DNA of 64,000 bases from Nitrososphaeria archaeon (GTDB taxonomy: Archaea > Thermoproteota > Nitrososphaeria > JACIWG01). The DNA lies in NCBI GenBank assembly GCA_050011875.1, contig JBEKIG010000002.1, forward strand, positions 96,001-160,000, given 5' to 3'. Below are positions 32,412 through 42,277 of the stretch, in pieces (the stretch's first letter is position 1; each line of letters opens with the position of its first letter). A program made the translations under genes and the position numbers. The notes beneath the pieces were generated by a model. The model saw only the letters and a program-made list of their open reading frames with translations. It was not told the origin of the DNA and did no database searches.

Positions 32412-33377
32412 CTATATGAGGCTGTCCACATAGGGCCTAAGGGCTGAGATACCGCTTCTAAGGGAGATGAACGAATCAGTCGCGAAGTACTGATACCAAT
32501 GGCAGTCGATGTCGCAACTCTTCATCTTTTCCCTGCATTCTCTGGCCCTCTCCGTGCCCAGGAATCCCATAAGGGGCTCCTCCGACGCGTCGATGCTTTT
32601 CTCCATCAACGTCCTGCAGGGATAGTAGAGCCGTCCATCGGCGTCGATGATGATCGAAGCAGCGTTGCAGCTGTGTGGGACCTCAAGGGTCCTCAGGTAC
32701 TTGTCGGTGGTGATGATGGTCCCCGGATACTCGTTCTTGAGCCGTAGGACCTCATCCCTGAAGACCCTGGTGTCCGGCAGGAAGTCCTCGGTCCCTGGAA
32801 TGTGGCAGGCTGGCATTACGACAGCCTTGGCGCCGGCGTCGTGGCATTTCCTAATCTTGGACTCCAGTGTCTGGAGGTACTCCTTCATCACCACGATTTG
32901 CACGCAGACGATGGGACCCCAGGACGCGAACTCTTGAAGGGATTCGTAGAGGTCGAGGTTTCTGTGGCCTTCGTCTATGCTAACGTGGAGGAAGTCAATG
33001 TACTTGGCGTACTCCTTCATGGGCCTCCTGTCGAAGAGCTTCCCGCTCGAAGTGAAGAGGAGGTAGAGGGGCTTGGTCCGGGCGTATTCGAGCACCTCGC
33101 CGATGTCGGGCCTCAGCAGAGGCTCCCCGCCCTCCAAGCTGAGGAGGACGACGCTGGAGTTCGCGACGTTGTCGATGACCTTGAGCAACTTCTCAGTGGG
33201 CATATCAGGCGTCTGGGACCTCCATACGTTACAGAACTCGCAGCGAGAGTCGCATCGCTGTAGGACCTTGAATGAGCAGTAGAACGGAAAGCGGAAGTCC
33301 TTTGCCGTGTAGTCGGCGTAGGCATACCTGAGCGTGACAATGTACTTGCTGGCTGGCAGGTGCCTAATTCGTGACAT
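32412..33377 (-). CDS. Radical SAM protein with C-terminal Cys cluster
   Basis: CDSRCEFC, EGGEPLLR, VSID; C-terminal C...YPC...C..C...C. Confidence 0.88.
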   Translation of the reverse strand: MSRIRHLPASKYIVTLRYAYADYTAKDFRFPFYCSFKVLQRCDSRCEFCNVWRSQTPDMPTEKLLKVIDNVANSSVVLLSLEGGEPLLRPDIGEVLEYARTKPLYLLFTSSGKLFDRRPMKEYAKYIDFLHVSIDEGHRNLDLYESLQEFASWGPIVCVQIVVMKEYLQTLESKIRKCHDAGAKAVVMPACHIPGTEDFLPDTRVFRDEVLRLKNEYPGTIITTDKYLRTLEVPHSCNAASIIIDADGRLYYPCRTLMEKSIDASEEPLMGFLGTERARECREKMKSCDIDCHWYQYFATDSFISLRSGISALRPYVDSLI

Positions 33378-33589
33378 GGTGACCCTGATATCCTTGCACT
33401 TTAAAAAGAATTGCGCCGCAGAAGCGAGTCGTAGATGAAGACGAGCCTCTTGGCCACCTTCCCTATGTCGTGGGAATCCAATGTCGCCTGTCCCTCTCGG
33501 GCCAAGGACTCTGACAGATCATCATCCCCCCGTGGTCGTCACAGGGCCGTCACGAAGTCGGCCGCAGAGTCCCCCAAAAGTCGGAAGTG

Positions 33590-34717
33590 TTATAATTGGA
33601 TAGTTATTCGTTTACCCTCTTCTGCTGACTTAAGAATCGAATCTACTATTACGCAATTTCTGTAACCATCTTCGAAACTAGCACCGTATGGCTCTATTTT
33701 CTTATCATTAACGATAGCATCGATGAAATGATGTATTTCACCAATATAGGTCTCACCGAAGCCTATCATAAAGCCAGTTGGCCAGAGTTGCTGGATTCCC
33801 GTCTGATTTTTATCTGGGAATAGAATTTTTGCCTCACCTTCAGTAGCATAAAAGAGTAGTTCGTTAATTTTTTCCATGTCAAACATAAGTGAACCTTTTT
33901 CACCATTTATTTCAAAACTATTATAATTTTTTCTACCAGTGACAAACTTTGAAATTTCGAGGGTTCCTAATGAACCATTTTCAAATTCGATAACAACGGC
34001 CGTTGCATCCTCAACAGTAACTCTTCCCTTCTTAGTTGGATCTCCGATCAAGGGTCTCTCATTAATGAATGTTCTTGTAGCAGCGCTGACAGCAGACACC
34101 TCACCAAGAATGAATCTTGCCAAGTCAATAGAATGACTTCCTAAGTCACTTATTGGTCCACTTCCAGCCCTATCTTTCAACAGCCTCCATTTAAGAGGAA
34201 AATTGGGGTCAACGAGTCTATCGGTGAAAAATCTTGCTCTGTAATGGTATATTCTTCCAAGTCTTCCAGACTTCACGATTTCTTTTGCCATTATGGCAGC
34301 TGGAATAAACCTGTAATTGAAAGCTACCATCGTTTTTACAGAAGCTTTTCTTGCGGCATCACGCATTAATTTAGCTTCTTGACTATTCCTTCCCAAAGGT
34401 TTTTCGCATAACACATTTTTCCCAGCTTCAATAGCTTCGATTGAAGGCTCTTCATGCATATCATTAGGTAGAGAATTGTCGACCAAATCCACATCAGGAC
34501 TTTTCACTACAGATTTCCAGTTAGTTGTATAGTTCCTGAACCCATAGTTTTCAGCGGCTTCTTTTAACTTAGATTCAGTTCTACCGAATATGATAGAGAG
34601 GTCAGGCACAGCCGGAGGTGGCCAAAAAAAATGAGGCATTATTTTATAAGCGAATGAATGCGTCTTACCCATAAAAGCATAACCTAACATCCCCACGCCT
34701 ATTTTCTTAACCGTCAT
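33590..34717 (-). CDS. Gfo/Idh/MocA family oxidoreductase
   Basis: GYAFMG, CEKPLG, FNYRF, DLGSHSIDLA. Confidence 0.9.
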   Translation of the reverse strand: MTVKKIGVGMLGYAFMGKTHSFAYKIMPHFFWPPPAVPDLSIIFGRTESKLKEAAENYGFRNYTTNWKSVVKSPDVDLVDNSLPNDMHEEPSIEAIEAGKNVLCEKPLGRNSQEAKLMRDAARKASVKTMVAFNYRFIPAAIMAKEIVKSGRLGRIYHYRARFFTDRLVDPNFPLKWRLLKDRAGSGPISDLGSHSIDLARFILGEVSAVSAATRTFINERPLIGDPTKKGRVTVEDATAVVIEFENGSLGTLEISKFVTGRKNYNSFEINGEKGSLMFDMEKINELLFYATEGEAKILFPDKNQTGIQQLWPTGFMIGFGETYIGEIHHFIDAIVNDKKIEPYGASFEDGYRNCVIVDSILKSAEEGKRITIQL

Positions 34718-35340
34718 AAACTCTGTAACAACTCGATGAAGTATATAAATTTGTTTGGAATTCTAATCTAAAATATACTTACACACTATTTCCATCATCT
34801 TTTAAAGGTTGTTCGTTTTTCCCTCAATGAATTTATAGAGGCAATTAGGAGGTAAGAATGACTTAAAATTGCCAGGGCATAATAAGATGAAAAAGAGGAG
34901 AAGGAATAGGAAAAACCGAGATCTTTGGGGTAGACGGGGATAGCTTTCTTTTCCATTTAACAAATTTGACATTAATCAAAATTTTTTACTTTCACTTATT
35001 TAACCTTTAATTTTAAAAGTGTGAAGACTGCGAGGAAATCATATATCTCTCCGAAGAAACGCGAATCAAGAGTCGGAAGGAATCTTGTCTATAATTTTCT
35101 GATAAATTCTCTGCTTGATAGCTCTGTTTAATAAAACAATAGCTTCGAATTCAAAAGGTTTTATTATTTAAAGAGGCTCAGCATTGTAACTATTGGCGTC
35201 ACAACGAATCTATAACATTTCGGTTCATTATTTTTTATGTATCTTATCTTGACATGTCATCATTAATTGATATATTTTATTATAATGACTTAATCAGCTT
35301 ATTAAAACCACGTAAAAAAATATTCAAATAAATATTCTGT

Positions 35341-36063
35341 CTAGCCTTTCAAAATTTTACTAATTTGATCAAGCGCATCCAATGGATCAATGTTGCTAGT
35401 AATATATGAGCCGATCACTAGTATTTTTGCTCCTGCATCTTTCGCATACTTGATGGTCTTGTCGTTTATACCACCGTCAACTTCAATAAATTTTCTCGGA
35501 AAAGCTTTAGAAACGTGTCTAATTTTTTCAGTCACAGATTCATCATATTGTTGGCCACCTTTACCCATTGGAACAGCCATAAGGAAAACTAGATCTGACT
35601 TGTCTACTATTTCTTTGGTTAGTTTTTCGACCGGAGTCGACAGATCAAGTCCGATACCGGCCTTGTAGCCCAAAGCGTGCAGGTTTTGAAGAGCATTTAT
35701 TACTTTGTCTTCCTTAAGATATGCTTCATATTGAATAATCACTAAAGTTTGTGACATTATGTTCTTTTGTACAAAATCATTCATTTTATTGATTATTAAT
35801 ATTGGATTTGCTACCATTAAATGTAATTCGAAACTAATTTTCTTATTGTAGTTGTCATATATTCTTTTAATTGTTTCTAATGGAAAGGCAATTTTGTCAG
35901 GTATCAATGAGGGTCTCATAACATCTATGTGCAGATTGCATATTAAACCTGAATTGATAATGGATGTTATTTTGTTGACGACCTTAGACTGGGCATCTTC
36001 ATCCTTTTGCTTTCTTAAATCTTTCTCATACCCGAGTATAGAAAGTGAAATTAGGGTCTGCAC
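35341..36063 (-). CDS. Ribulose-phosphate 3-epimerase-like protein
   Basis: LHIDVM, ELHLMV, MAVPMGKGGQ, EVDGGI, VIGSYI. Confidence 0.8.
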   Translation of the reverse strand: MQTLISLSILGYEKDLRKQKDEDAQSKVVNKITSIINSGLICNLHIDVMRPSLIPDKIAFPLETIKRIYDNYNKKISFELHLMVANPILIINKMNDFVQKNIMSQTLVIIQYEAYLKEDKVINALQNLHALGYKAGIGLDLSTPVEKLTKEIVDKSDLVFLMAVPMGKGGQQYDESVTEKIRHVSKAFPRKFIEVDGGINDKTIKYAKDAGAKILVIGSYITSNIDPLDALDQISKILKG

Positions 36064-36114
36064 ACTTAATACTCAAATAATAAAATCTTAAATATTTTCA
36101 TTTAACAAAGTTAG

Positions 36115-37665
36115 TTGTTGAAATCACTAAAGAATAATTTTTTCATTGGCATAGATAACGGAACACAAGGTACGAAGACAATAGTTGTTGAAGGAGAAAG
36201 TGGCACCATTATTTCAAAGGCAACAAAAAGTTATGGGTTACTGGATGGTCTTCCTCCCGGTCATAAGGAACAAGATCCTTCAATATGGATCGAGGCATTA
36301 CACATGACGGTTAAGGAAGCGTTGAAGGATGCAAAAATAGATCCTAAGACAGTAAAGGCTATTGGCGTCTCCGGACAACAACATGGTTTTGTACCCATCG
36401 ATGCTTTCGGCAAGGTGATTCGACCAGCTAAACTCTGGAATGATACAAGTACTTCTCAAGAATGTGAATATTTGGAGAAGATTTTGGGTGGGAGAAGTTC
36501 TGTTGTGAAACTCATTGGCAACGCTATTCTGCCAGGTTATACTGCCCCTAAGATACTTTGGCTTAGACGACACGAGCCTGAAAACTACGCTAAGCTTGTA
36601 ACTGTTTTACTACCTCACGACTACTTAAATTTCTATCTTACAGGTAACAAGATTATGGAATGTGGTGACGCGTCAGGTACTGCTCTTTTGAATGTTAGAA
36701 CTAGGACTTGGTCCAAGAAGATAATAGAGGCGATTGACCCAGATCTTGAGTTTAAGCTGCCAGTCATTCAGGAATCAGATAAATATGTGGGCAAGGTTAA
36801 GTCAGATATAGCACCTTTGTTTGGATTCTCCGAAGATGTGCTCGTGAGCGCTGGGGGAGGAGATAACATGATGGGAGCAATTGGAACAGGAAATACATAC
36901 AAAGGTATTGTAACAGCAAGCCTCGGCACTTCCGGTACGATCTATGCATATTCAGATGCTCCTGCAATAGACGAGGAGGGTGAGATAGCTGCGTTCTGCG
37001 ACTCCACCAATGCATGGCTTCCTCTCTCATGCACAATGAACGTAACTGTTGCGACAGAATTAGTTAGACAGGTTTTCAACATGTCATATGATGATCTAAC
37101 TAAAGTTACGCAACTTGCACCGGTAGGTTCCGGAGGACTAATCCTACTACCCTACTTTGAAGGGGAGAGAACTCCAAATATACCAGATGGTACGGGTGTA
37201 CTTTATGGATTAAACAGCAGAACTTTCAATGCACCGCACATATGTAGGGCAGCAATGGAGGGGGTCACATTAGGTATGAATTACGGACTGAATAAAATGA
37301 AAAAGCTTGGCATTGAGCCTACACAGATAAGGCTGACAGGTGGAGGGTCCAGAAATAAGGCTTGGCGACAGATAGCAGCCGATGTATTCAACAGCGATGT
37401 AGTCTGCCTAGAAAATGAAGAAGGCGCTGCCTACGGTGCAGCCTTGCAGGCTATATGGTCATTCTTGAATTATCTCGGAGAAAAGACATCTATACAAGAT
37501 ATAACAGATCAACATGTCAGATTAGATCATGAAACTTTGACATCACCTAATCAGTCTAACGTAGAAGCGTACAATCAGCTACAAAGGATCCAAGATGAAA
37601 TCAGTAGGGGTTTGAGAAACTCGTTTAAAATCCATCGTGAATTCCTCAACAAAAATGTCAGTTAA
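36115..37665 (+). CDS. xylB: Xylulokinase (FGGY family)
   Basis: GIDNGTQGTK, SGQQHG, KLWND, DASGT, GGGDN, LGTSGT, GERTP, TGGGS. Confidence 0.88.
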   Translation: MLKSLKNNFFIGIDNGTQGTKTIVVEGESGTIISKATKSYGLLDGLPPGHKEQDPSIWIEALHMTVKEALKDAKIDPKTVKAIGVSGQQHGFVPIDAFGKVIRPAKLWNDTSTSQECEYLEKILGGRSSVVKLIGNAILPGYTAPKILWLRRHEPENYAKLVTVLLPHDYLNFYLTGNKIMECGDASGTALLNVRTRTWSKKIIEAIDPDLEFKLPVIQESDKYVGKVKSDIAPLFGFSEDVLVSAGGGDNMMGAIGTGNTYKGIVTASLGTSGTIYAYSDAPAIDEEGEIAAFCDSTNAWLPLSCTMNVTVATELVRQVFNMSYDDLTKVTQLAPVGSGGLILLPYFEGERTPNIPDGTGVLYGLNSRTFNAPHICRAAMEGVTLGMNYGLNKMKKLGIEPTQIRLTGGGSRNKAWRQIAADVFNSDVVCLENEEGAAYGAALQAIWSFLNYLGEKTSIQDITDQHVRLDHETLTSPNQSNVEAYNQLQRIQDEISRGLRNSFKIHREFLNKNVS

Positions 37666-37942
37666 TAACATCACCGAAGTTTATAGAAGATATACCTTTG
37701 AAGATCTAGGAAAGTTCTATCAGCAAGGAGAACACACTTTAACGATCTTTGGCTCTGGAGAAGACGTTAACAAGCTAAGAGAGGAAATAAGTGAAAAGAA
37801 TAAGGAACTTCAAACACTAGTCAATTCTCTAGCTACTGAAAATATTGATCTAAGAAAGAGAGTTGAAACAATAGAAAAGGAGATTTCAGAGATAGAAAAG
37901 ATCGTTAAAGAAATCAAACAGAAAAGGCTAGAGATCAACTAA
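37666..37942 (+). pseudogene. C-terminal remnant of an archaeal tyrosine integrase
   Basis: TEVYRRYTFEDLGKFYQQGEHTLTIF followed by a coiled coil, as after the catalytic Tyr of archaeal integrases; N-terminal part absent. Confidence 0.6.
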
Positions 37943-38103
37943 CTTAAAAAATATCGCACGCGTTATAATATCTCAAAAAAAGATAGAAGTATATATATGA
38001 AAGTATAAGGAATAGCATTAATGCGAAAAGAATTTAGATATAAAAAAGATGTTAAAAAACAGAAGAGATATATAAAAAATAAAAAAAAGTAAATTTTTAA
38101 CAA

Positions 38104-38180
38104 AAAAGGAGATTTCTAAGGTTTCAGAAATAAAGAAGATAGTTAAAGAACTTCAACAGAAAAGGCTAGGGATAAACTAG
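38104..38180 (+). repeat. Second diverged copy of the integrase 3' tail
   Basis: KEISKVSEIKKIVKELQQKRLGIN* versus KEISEIEKIVKEIKQKRLEIN* at 37875-37942. Confidence 0.7.
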
Positions 38181-38237
38181 CCACTATCATATTTTTAGAT
38201 CTAACTTACTGTTTTATGATAACGTAAAATGTTATTC

Positions 38238-38332
38238 TATTATCTCTAGTACTTTTTTTGTTATTTGGAAAGGTTTTAATGACAATTTTACTATGCATCA
38301 AATGTATTATAATGTCTGAAAAGATTTTTCCA
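38238..38332 (+). repeat. ~93-bp dispersed repeat copy B (promoter + MSEKIFP start)
   Basis: Near-identical to 23450-23543. Confidence 0.85.
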
Positions 38333-38467
38333 GATATTTCAGGTTGGAATTATATTCCTAGTAGCGACACGGATGAAAGAACAAGGATGTGGACGGATGA
38401 GAACTTAAAGAAAGAGTTAATTTCTAAAAGAATCAAATTGCTTAATAATCAAAAAAATAACAGTTAA
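38312..38467 (+). CDS. 51-aa hydrophilic small ORF starting MSEKIFP
   Basis: MSEKIFPDISGWNYIPSSDTDERTRMWTDENLKKELISKRIKLLNNQKNNS*. Confidence 0.4.
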   Translation: MSEKIFPDISGWNYIPSSDTDERTRMWTDENLKKELISKRIKLLNNQKNNS

Positions 38468-38608
38468 CTATTCCTTTGTAACATCTAAAGCTCTGGAAGA
38501 CATACACTCAAAGTTTTAAACCCTTCTTGCTTAGCATAATTGAAAATCTAAAGAGCGGAATGTGAGCATCTCGTTGATTCCCTTGTCTCATGAAAAGGGC
38601 ACGTAAAT

Positions 38609-39661
38609 ATGTCTAGAAGAAGATGTAAGATGAAAAGCTATATAACTTCTACTTTTGAAGAATGCATTATGCGATTTATTGTGTATGGTGCTGGTGCCAT
38701 AGGAAGTGTGATAGGTGGGCATCTGTTTAGAACTGGACATGATGTTGCTCTGGTTGCTAATCCTAAACATGTAGACAAAATTAGAGAATCAGGGCTTAAA
38801 CTGGTCACACCTAATGAAACGTATGTTTTAAGGATTCCTGCTTATAAAGAGGCGAAAGATCTCGCTCCTTTTAGTGAAGATGATTTAGTATTATTGACGG
38901 CTAAGTCACAGCACACCCTCAGATGTTTAGGTCAACTGAAGAACGCTGGTGGTATGAGGACTATTCCGATATTTTGTTGCCAGAATTCAATTTGGAATGA
39001 ACCTTTAGCAACGAGGATTTTTGATAGAGTATATGGGGTATTGCTTGTTGTACCAGGCATCTTTCTAGAACCAGGTGTAGTGATTAACTCCATTACTGGA
39101 AACGCTGGTTTAATCGAGTTAGGGCTGTACCCACGTGGTTCAGATCAACTTGCACAAACTGTTTCGATTGCCTTAAGAGAAGCGAGCTTTGCCTGCAACG
39201 TTAACGATTGGGTTATGAAGGCGAAGGCAGCGAAATGCCTTCTTAACCTCGCCAACGCGATGGAAGCTATTACTGATGGAAGAGGAGACGTTGAGAAATT
39301 CATGGCTGAAGCTAGAAAGGAGGCGATGGTAGTCTGGAGTGCTTCAGGTATTGAATGGGAGAATATGGAAAGCTTTTGGAAGAGAACACACGAAAGTCAT
39401 GGTATAAATAAGATGCCAAAGGAGTACGAAGGCATACGAAATCTTGGCTCTTCGTGGCAGAGCCTAATTCGAGCGACAGGGAATATAGAGGCTGAACAAC
39501 TCAATGGTGACGCTGTCAAGCTTGGAAGACTTTTGGGTATTCCAACCCCATATAATGAGGTTCTATGGAAGGTAGCCGAAGAGATGGCAGAGAAAAAGGA
39601 AAAGCCAGGGAAATACAGTGCAGAAGAGCTAATGGAAATGGCCAAGAAAATATCTTTCTAG
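38609..39661 (+). CDS. Ketopantoate reductase (PanE/ApbA) family protein; likely start at MRFIVYG
   Basis: YGAGAIG, AKSQ, CQN, KCLLN, SSWQSL, EAEQLNG. Confidence 0.85.
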   Translation: MSRRRCKMKSYITSTFEECIMRFIVYGAGAIGSVIGGHLFRTGHDVALVANPKHVDKIRESGLKLVTPNETYVLRIPAYKEAKDLAPFSEDDLVLLTAKSQHTLRCLGQLKNAGGMRTIPIFCCQNSIWNEPLATRIFDRVYGVLLVVPGIFLEPGVVINSITGNAGLIELGLYPRGSDQLAQTVSIALREASFACNVNDWVMKAKAAKCLLNLANAMEAITDGRGDVEKFMAEARKEAMVVWSASGIEWENMESFWKRTHESHGINKMPKEYEGIRNLGSSWQSLIRATGNIEAEQLNGDAVKLGRLLGIPTPYNEVLWKVAEEMAEKKEKPGKYSAEELMEMAKKISF

Positions 39662-39882
39662 TCTTGTAAATCTCAAAAGATTCATTGATTATAATATTAT
39701 AATATATTAATCACTCAATAATGACCCATATAATAATTATGCCTAAAAATGGCTATAAAACGCGACTGATGATGCATCTAAAACTGTGAAATTGGAGTAA
39801 CCTCTAGAAGAAAATTTTAGTAAAATATAAACAATAAAGGCATTTATATATCATAAATGATGACAATCATAAGTAGATAGTT

Positions 39883-40314
39883 ATGAGTAAGTCCCTCGAA
39901 TTAATTGTTGGAAAAGATGGGAAAGTGATTGTTTCACAAGATATTTTGGCTATGCTTGGAATAAAAGAAGGGGATAAACTTGAATTGAGGATCGAAGGTA
40001 GCGTGATTTCTATACATAAGATGATTGAAAACAATGAGACGCCACCTCCTCTCCATCTGCTCTATAGACCAGAAATAACTATAGATCTCATCAATGGCGA
40101 GGAATTGAAAAGAGATCTTAATCTAGAAGCACGTTTAATGACGATACCCTTTTTTGCAATGCTCGCAAAAAGAGGATTCTTTATCATGAGTGAAAAAAAT
40201 CGCGCTATCGCTTTCAAAGTAAGGACTGTTGACGACGCGATAGACTTATTTCTAGCCAACGGTAAAATCTCCGAAGAGGATTTGCTAAAAGCTGGAATAA
40301 AATGGCCTAAGTAA
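39883..40314 (+). CDS. AbrB/MazE/SpoVT-family DNA-binding protein with C-terminal domain
   Basis: VGKDGKVIVSQDILAMLGIKEGDKLELRIEG. Confidence 0.7.
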   Translation: MSKSLELIVGKDGKVIVSQDILAMLGIKEGDKLELRIEGSVISIHKMIENNETPPPLHLLYRPEITIDLINGEELKRDLNLEARLMTIPFFAMLAKRGFFIMSEKNRAIAFKVRTVDDAIDLFLANGKISEEDLLKAGIKWPK

Positions 40315-40712
40315 AAAAATTATTCAAACATTATTGCTTACCTGAAAATTTAACGCCTTAAAGATTATCAGTATGTCATTTAAATTTGGAAAAAACGAAG
40401 AGAGGAGCTTAATCCTGATGTCATTCTGGAGGTTTGGTTTTAGGTTCCTTTTATGATGACATCATCTATTCTTAGAGGCATTATAGATACTTCTGTCGAC
40501 TGCGAGAAATTTTCCTCACTATACACGCTGACAGATTTGAGGCGTGGAAGTTACACGCGCTGCGATATCTGTTACAGAAAATGATTACGTTTTATGAGAG
40601 GTTGTCGATATAAACGTTGGTAGATACTTCGATCTATCTTAGAAATCTGTAGTGACCCATATCTTCTTTTCGAATAATCCTTATAGCATACTAGAGAAGA
40701 TAAGATAAGAAC

Positions 40713-42113
40713 ATGTGTTCTCTAAAAGAAAGGGCTAACTCTGACACACTACATCCAATATATCATTTTACTGCTCCTGCTGGTTGGTTGAATGACCCTA
40801 ATGGACTTATACTCTGGAGAGGTGAACACCATATCTTCTATCAGTATAATCCTCAAGGAGCTTTCGTTGGCACAAGATACTGGGGTCATGCTAAAAGCAA
40901 TGATTTGGTGCACTGGGAGCATCTACCAATCGCTTTATCTCCCGGAAAAGGAACTTATGATAATGATGGTTGTTGGAGTGGATGTGCGGTCGACAATAAT
41001 AGCGTCCCAACTATCATATATACTGGAATCATGCCTGAAGTGCAGTGTATAGCGTTTGGCGATCAAGAATTAGTCTCTTGGGAGAAATATTTCAACAACC
41101 CTGTTATTAAATCACCACCAAATGACTACACAGTTACAGGTTTCAGGGATCCCTGTGTGTGGAAAGAAGATGATACTTGGTATATGATCCTTGGATCAGG
41201 TATTAAGGGCATAGGAGGAGCTGTTTTACTGTATGAATCTAAGGATATTCTTAGATGGCGGTATATGCACCCTCTTTTTATTGGAGAAAAAGAGAAGACT
41301 GGTGAAGTCTGGGAATGTCCTGACTTGTTTCCTCTCGGAAACAAGTATATACTACTCATTTCAACCCTACGAAGAAATCTTTACTTTGTTGGCAATTATA
41401 TTGGCCACAAGTTCTATCCAGAGAAACAGGGAATGCTGGACATGGGCAACCTGTACATGGCAGCAAGGAGCATGTTAGATTCGTCTGGACGTCGAATAGT
41501 TTTTGGATGGATACGCGAGGCACGAAGTAGTCCAATGCAAATAGCTTCAGGTTGGTCTGGTGCATTCTCGTTGCCTAGGACCATATCTATTGATAAACGT
41601 GAAAATCTAATTATGAAACCCATACCTGAACTCAAAGGTCTTCGAAGCGAACCTAAGAGATATGAAAATATTCAAATCAAAACTGATACCCCAATGCAAT
41701 TAGAAGATGTTAGAGGAGATTCACTAGAAATTGTAGCAGATTTTTGTCCCGTGCAAGCCGAAGAATTAGGGATTAAGATAAGATGTTCTCCAAACTTAGA
41801 AGAGCAGACTCTCATAACTTATAAACAAAAAAAGAATATGTTAGAAATAAATAATTCAAATTCAAGCTTGAGCCTCGAGGCTGATCGTGGAACTCAGGGT
41901 GGGATATTGGGACTTGGGAAGAATAAAAGATTAAAATTGCATGTCTTCTTAGATAAATCGATAGTAGAAGTGTTTGCTAATGACCAAATTTGTCTAACAA
42001 ATCGTATTTACCCTACACGAGGTGATAGTATTAAAGTCTCTATTTTTACAAAGAAAGGTATTGCGAAGCTCTTGAGCCTTGACTCTTGGGAAATTAAATC
42101 AATTTGGCTATAA
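40713..42113 (+). CDS. Glycoside hydrolase family 32 (beta-fructofuranosidase)
   Basis: WLNDPNG, WSG, FRDP, WECP catalytic motifs; SIVEVF C-terminal motif. Confidence 0.93.
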   Translation: MCSLKERANSDTLHPIYHFTAPAGWLNDPNGLILWRGEHHIFYQYNPQGAFVGTRYWGHAKSNDLVHWEHLPIALSPGKGTYDNDGCWSGCAVDNNSVPTIIYTGIMPEVQCIAFGDQELVSWEKYFNNPVIKSPPNDYTVTGFRDPCVWKEDDTWYMILGSGIKGIGGAVLLYESKDILRWRYMHPLFIGEKEKTGEVWECPDLFPLGNKYILLISTLRRNLYFVGNYIGHKFYPEKQGMLDMGNLYMAARSMLDSSGRRIVFGWIREARSSPMQIASGWSGAFSLPRTISIDKRENLIMKPIPELKGLRSEPKRYENIQIKTDTPMQLEDVRGDSLEIVADFCPVQAEELGIKIRCSPNLEEQTLITYKQKKNMLEINNSNSSLSLEADRGTQGGILGLGKNKRLKLHVFLDKSIVEVFANDQICLTNRIYPTRGDSIKVSIFTKKGIAKLLSLDSWEIKSIWL

Positions 42114-42277
42114 TTTTGCTGTCCCAAACGCTGCCGTATCTTTTTCCATTGCTACAATCTTCGTAATAGCATTGGTCTTTTATAAGCGTATTGAGATGAA
42201 GATACCTAAAAATGAATCCTTTTGAGAAGATTCAATACTTATATATTTTCAATTATCGAGTTTAAAGATGAACCTCG

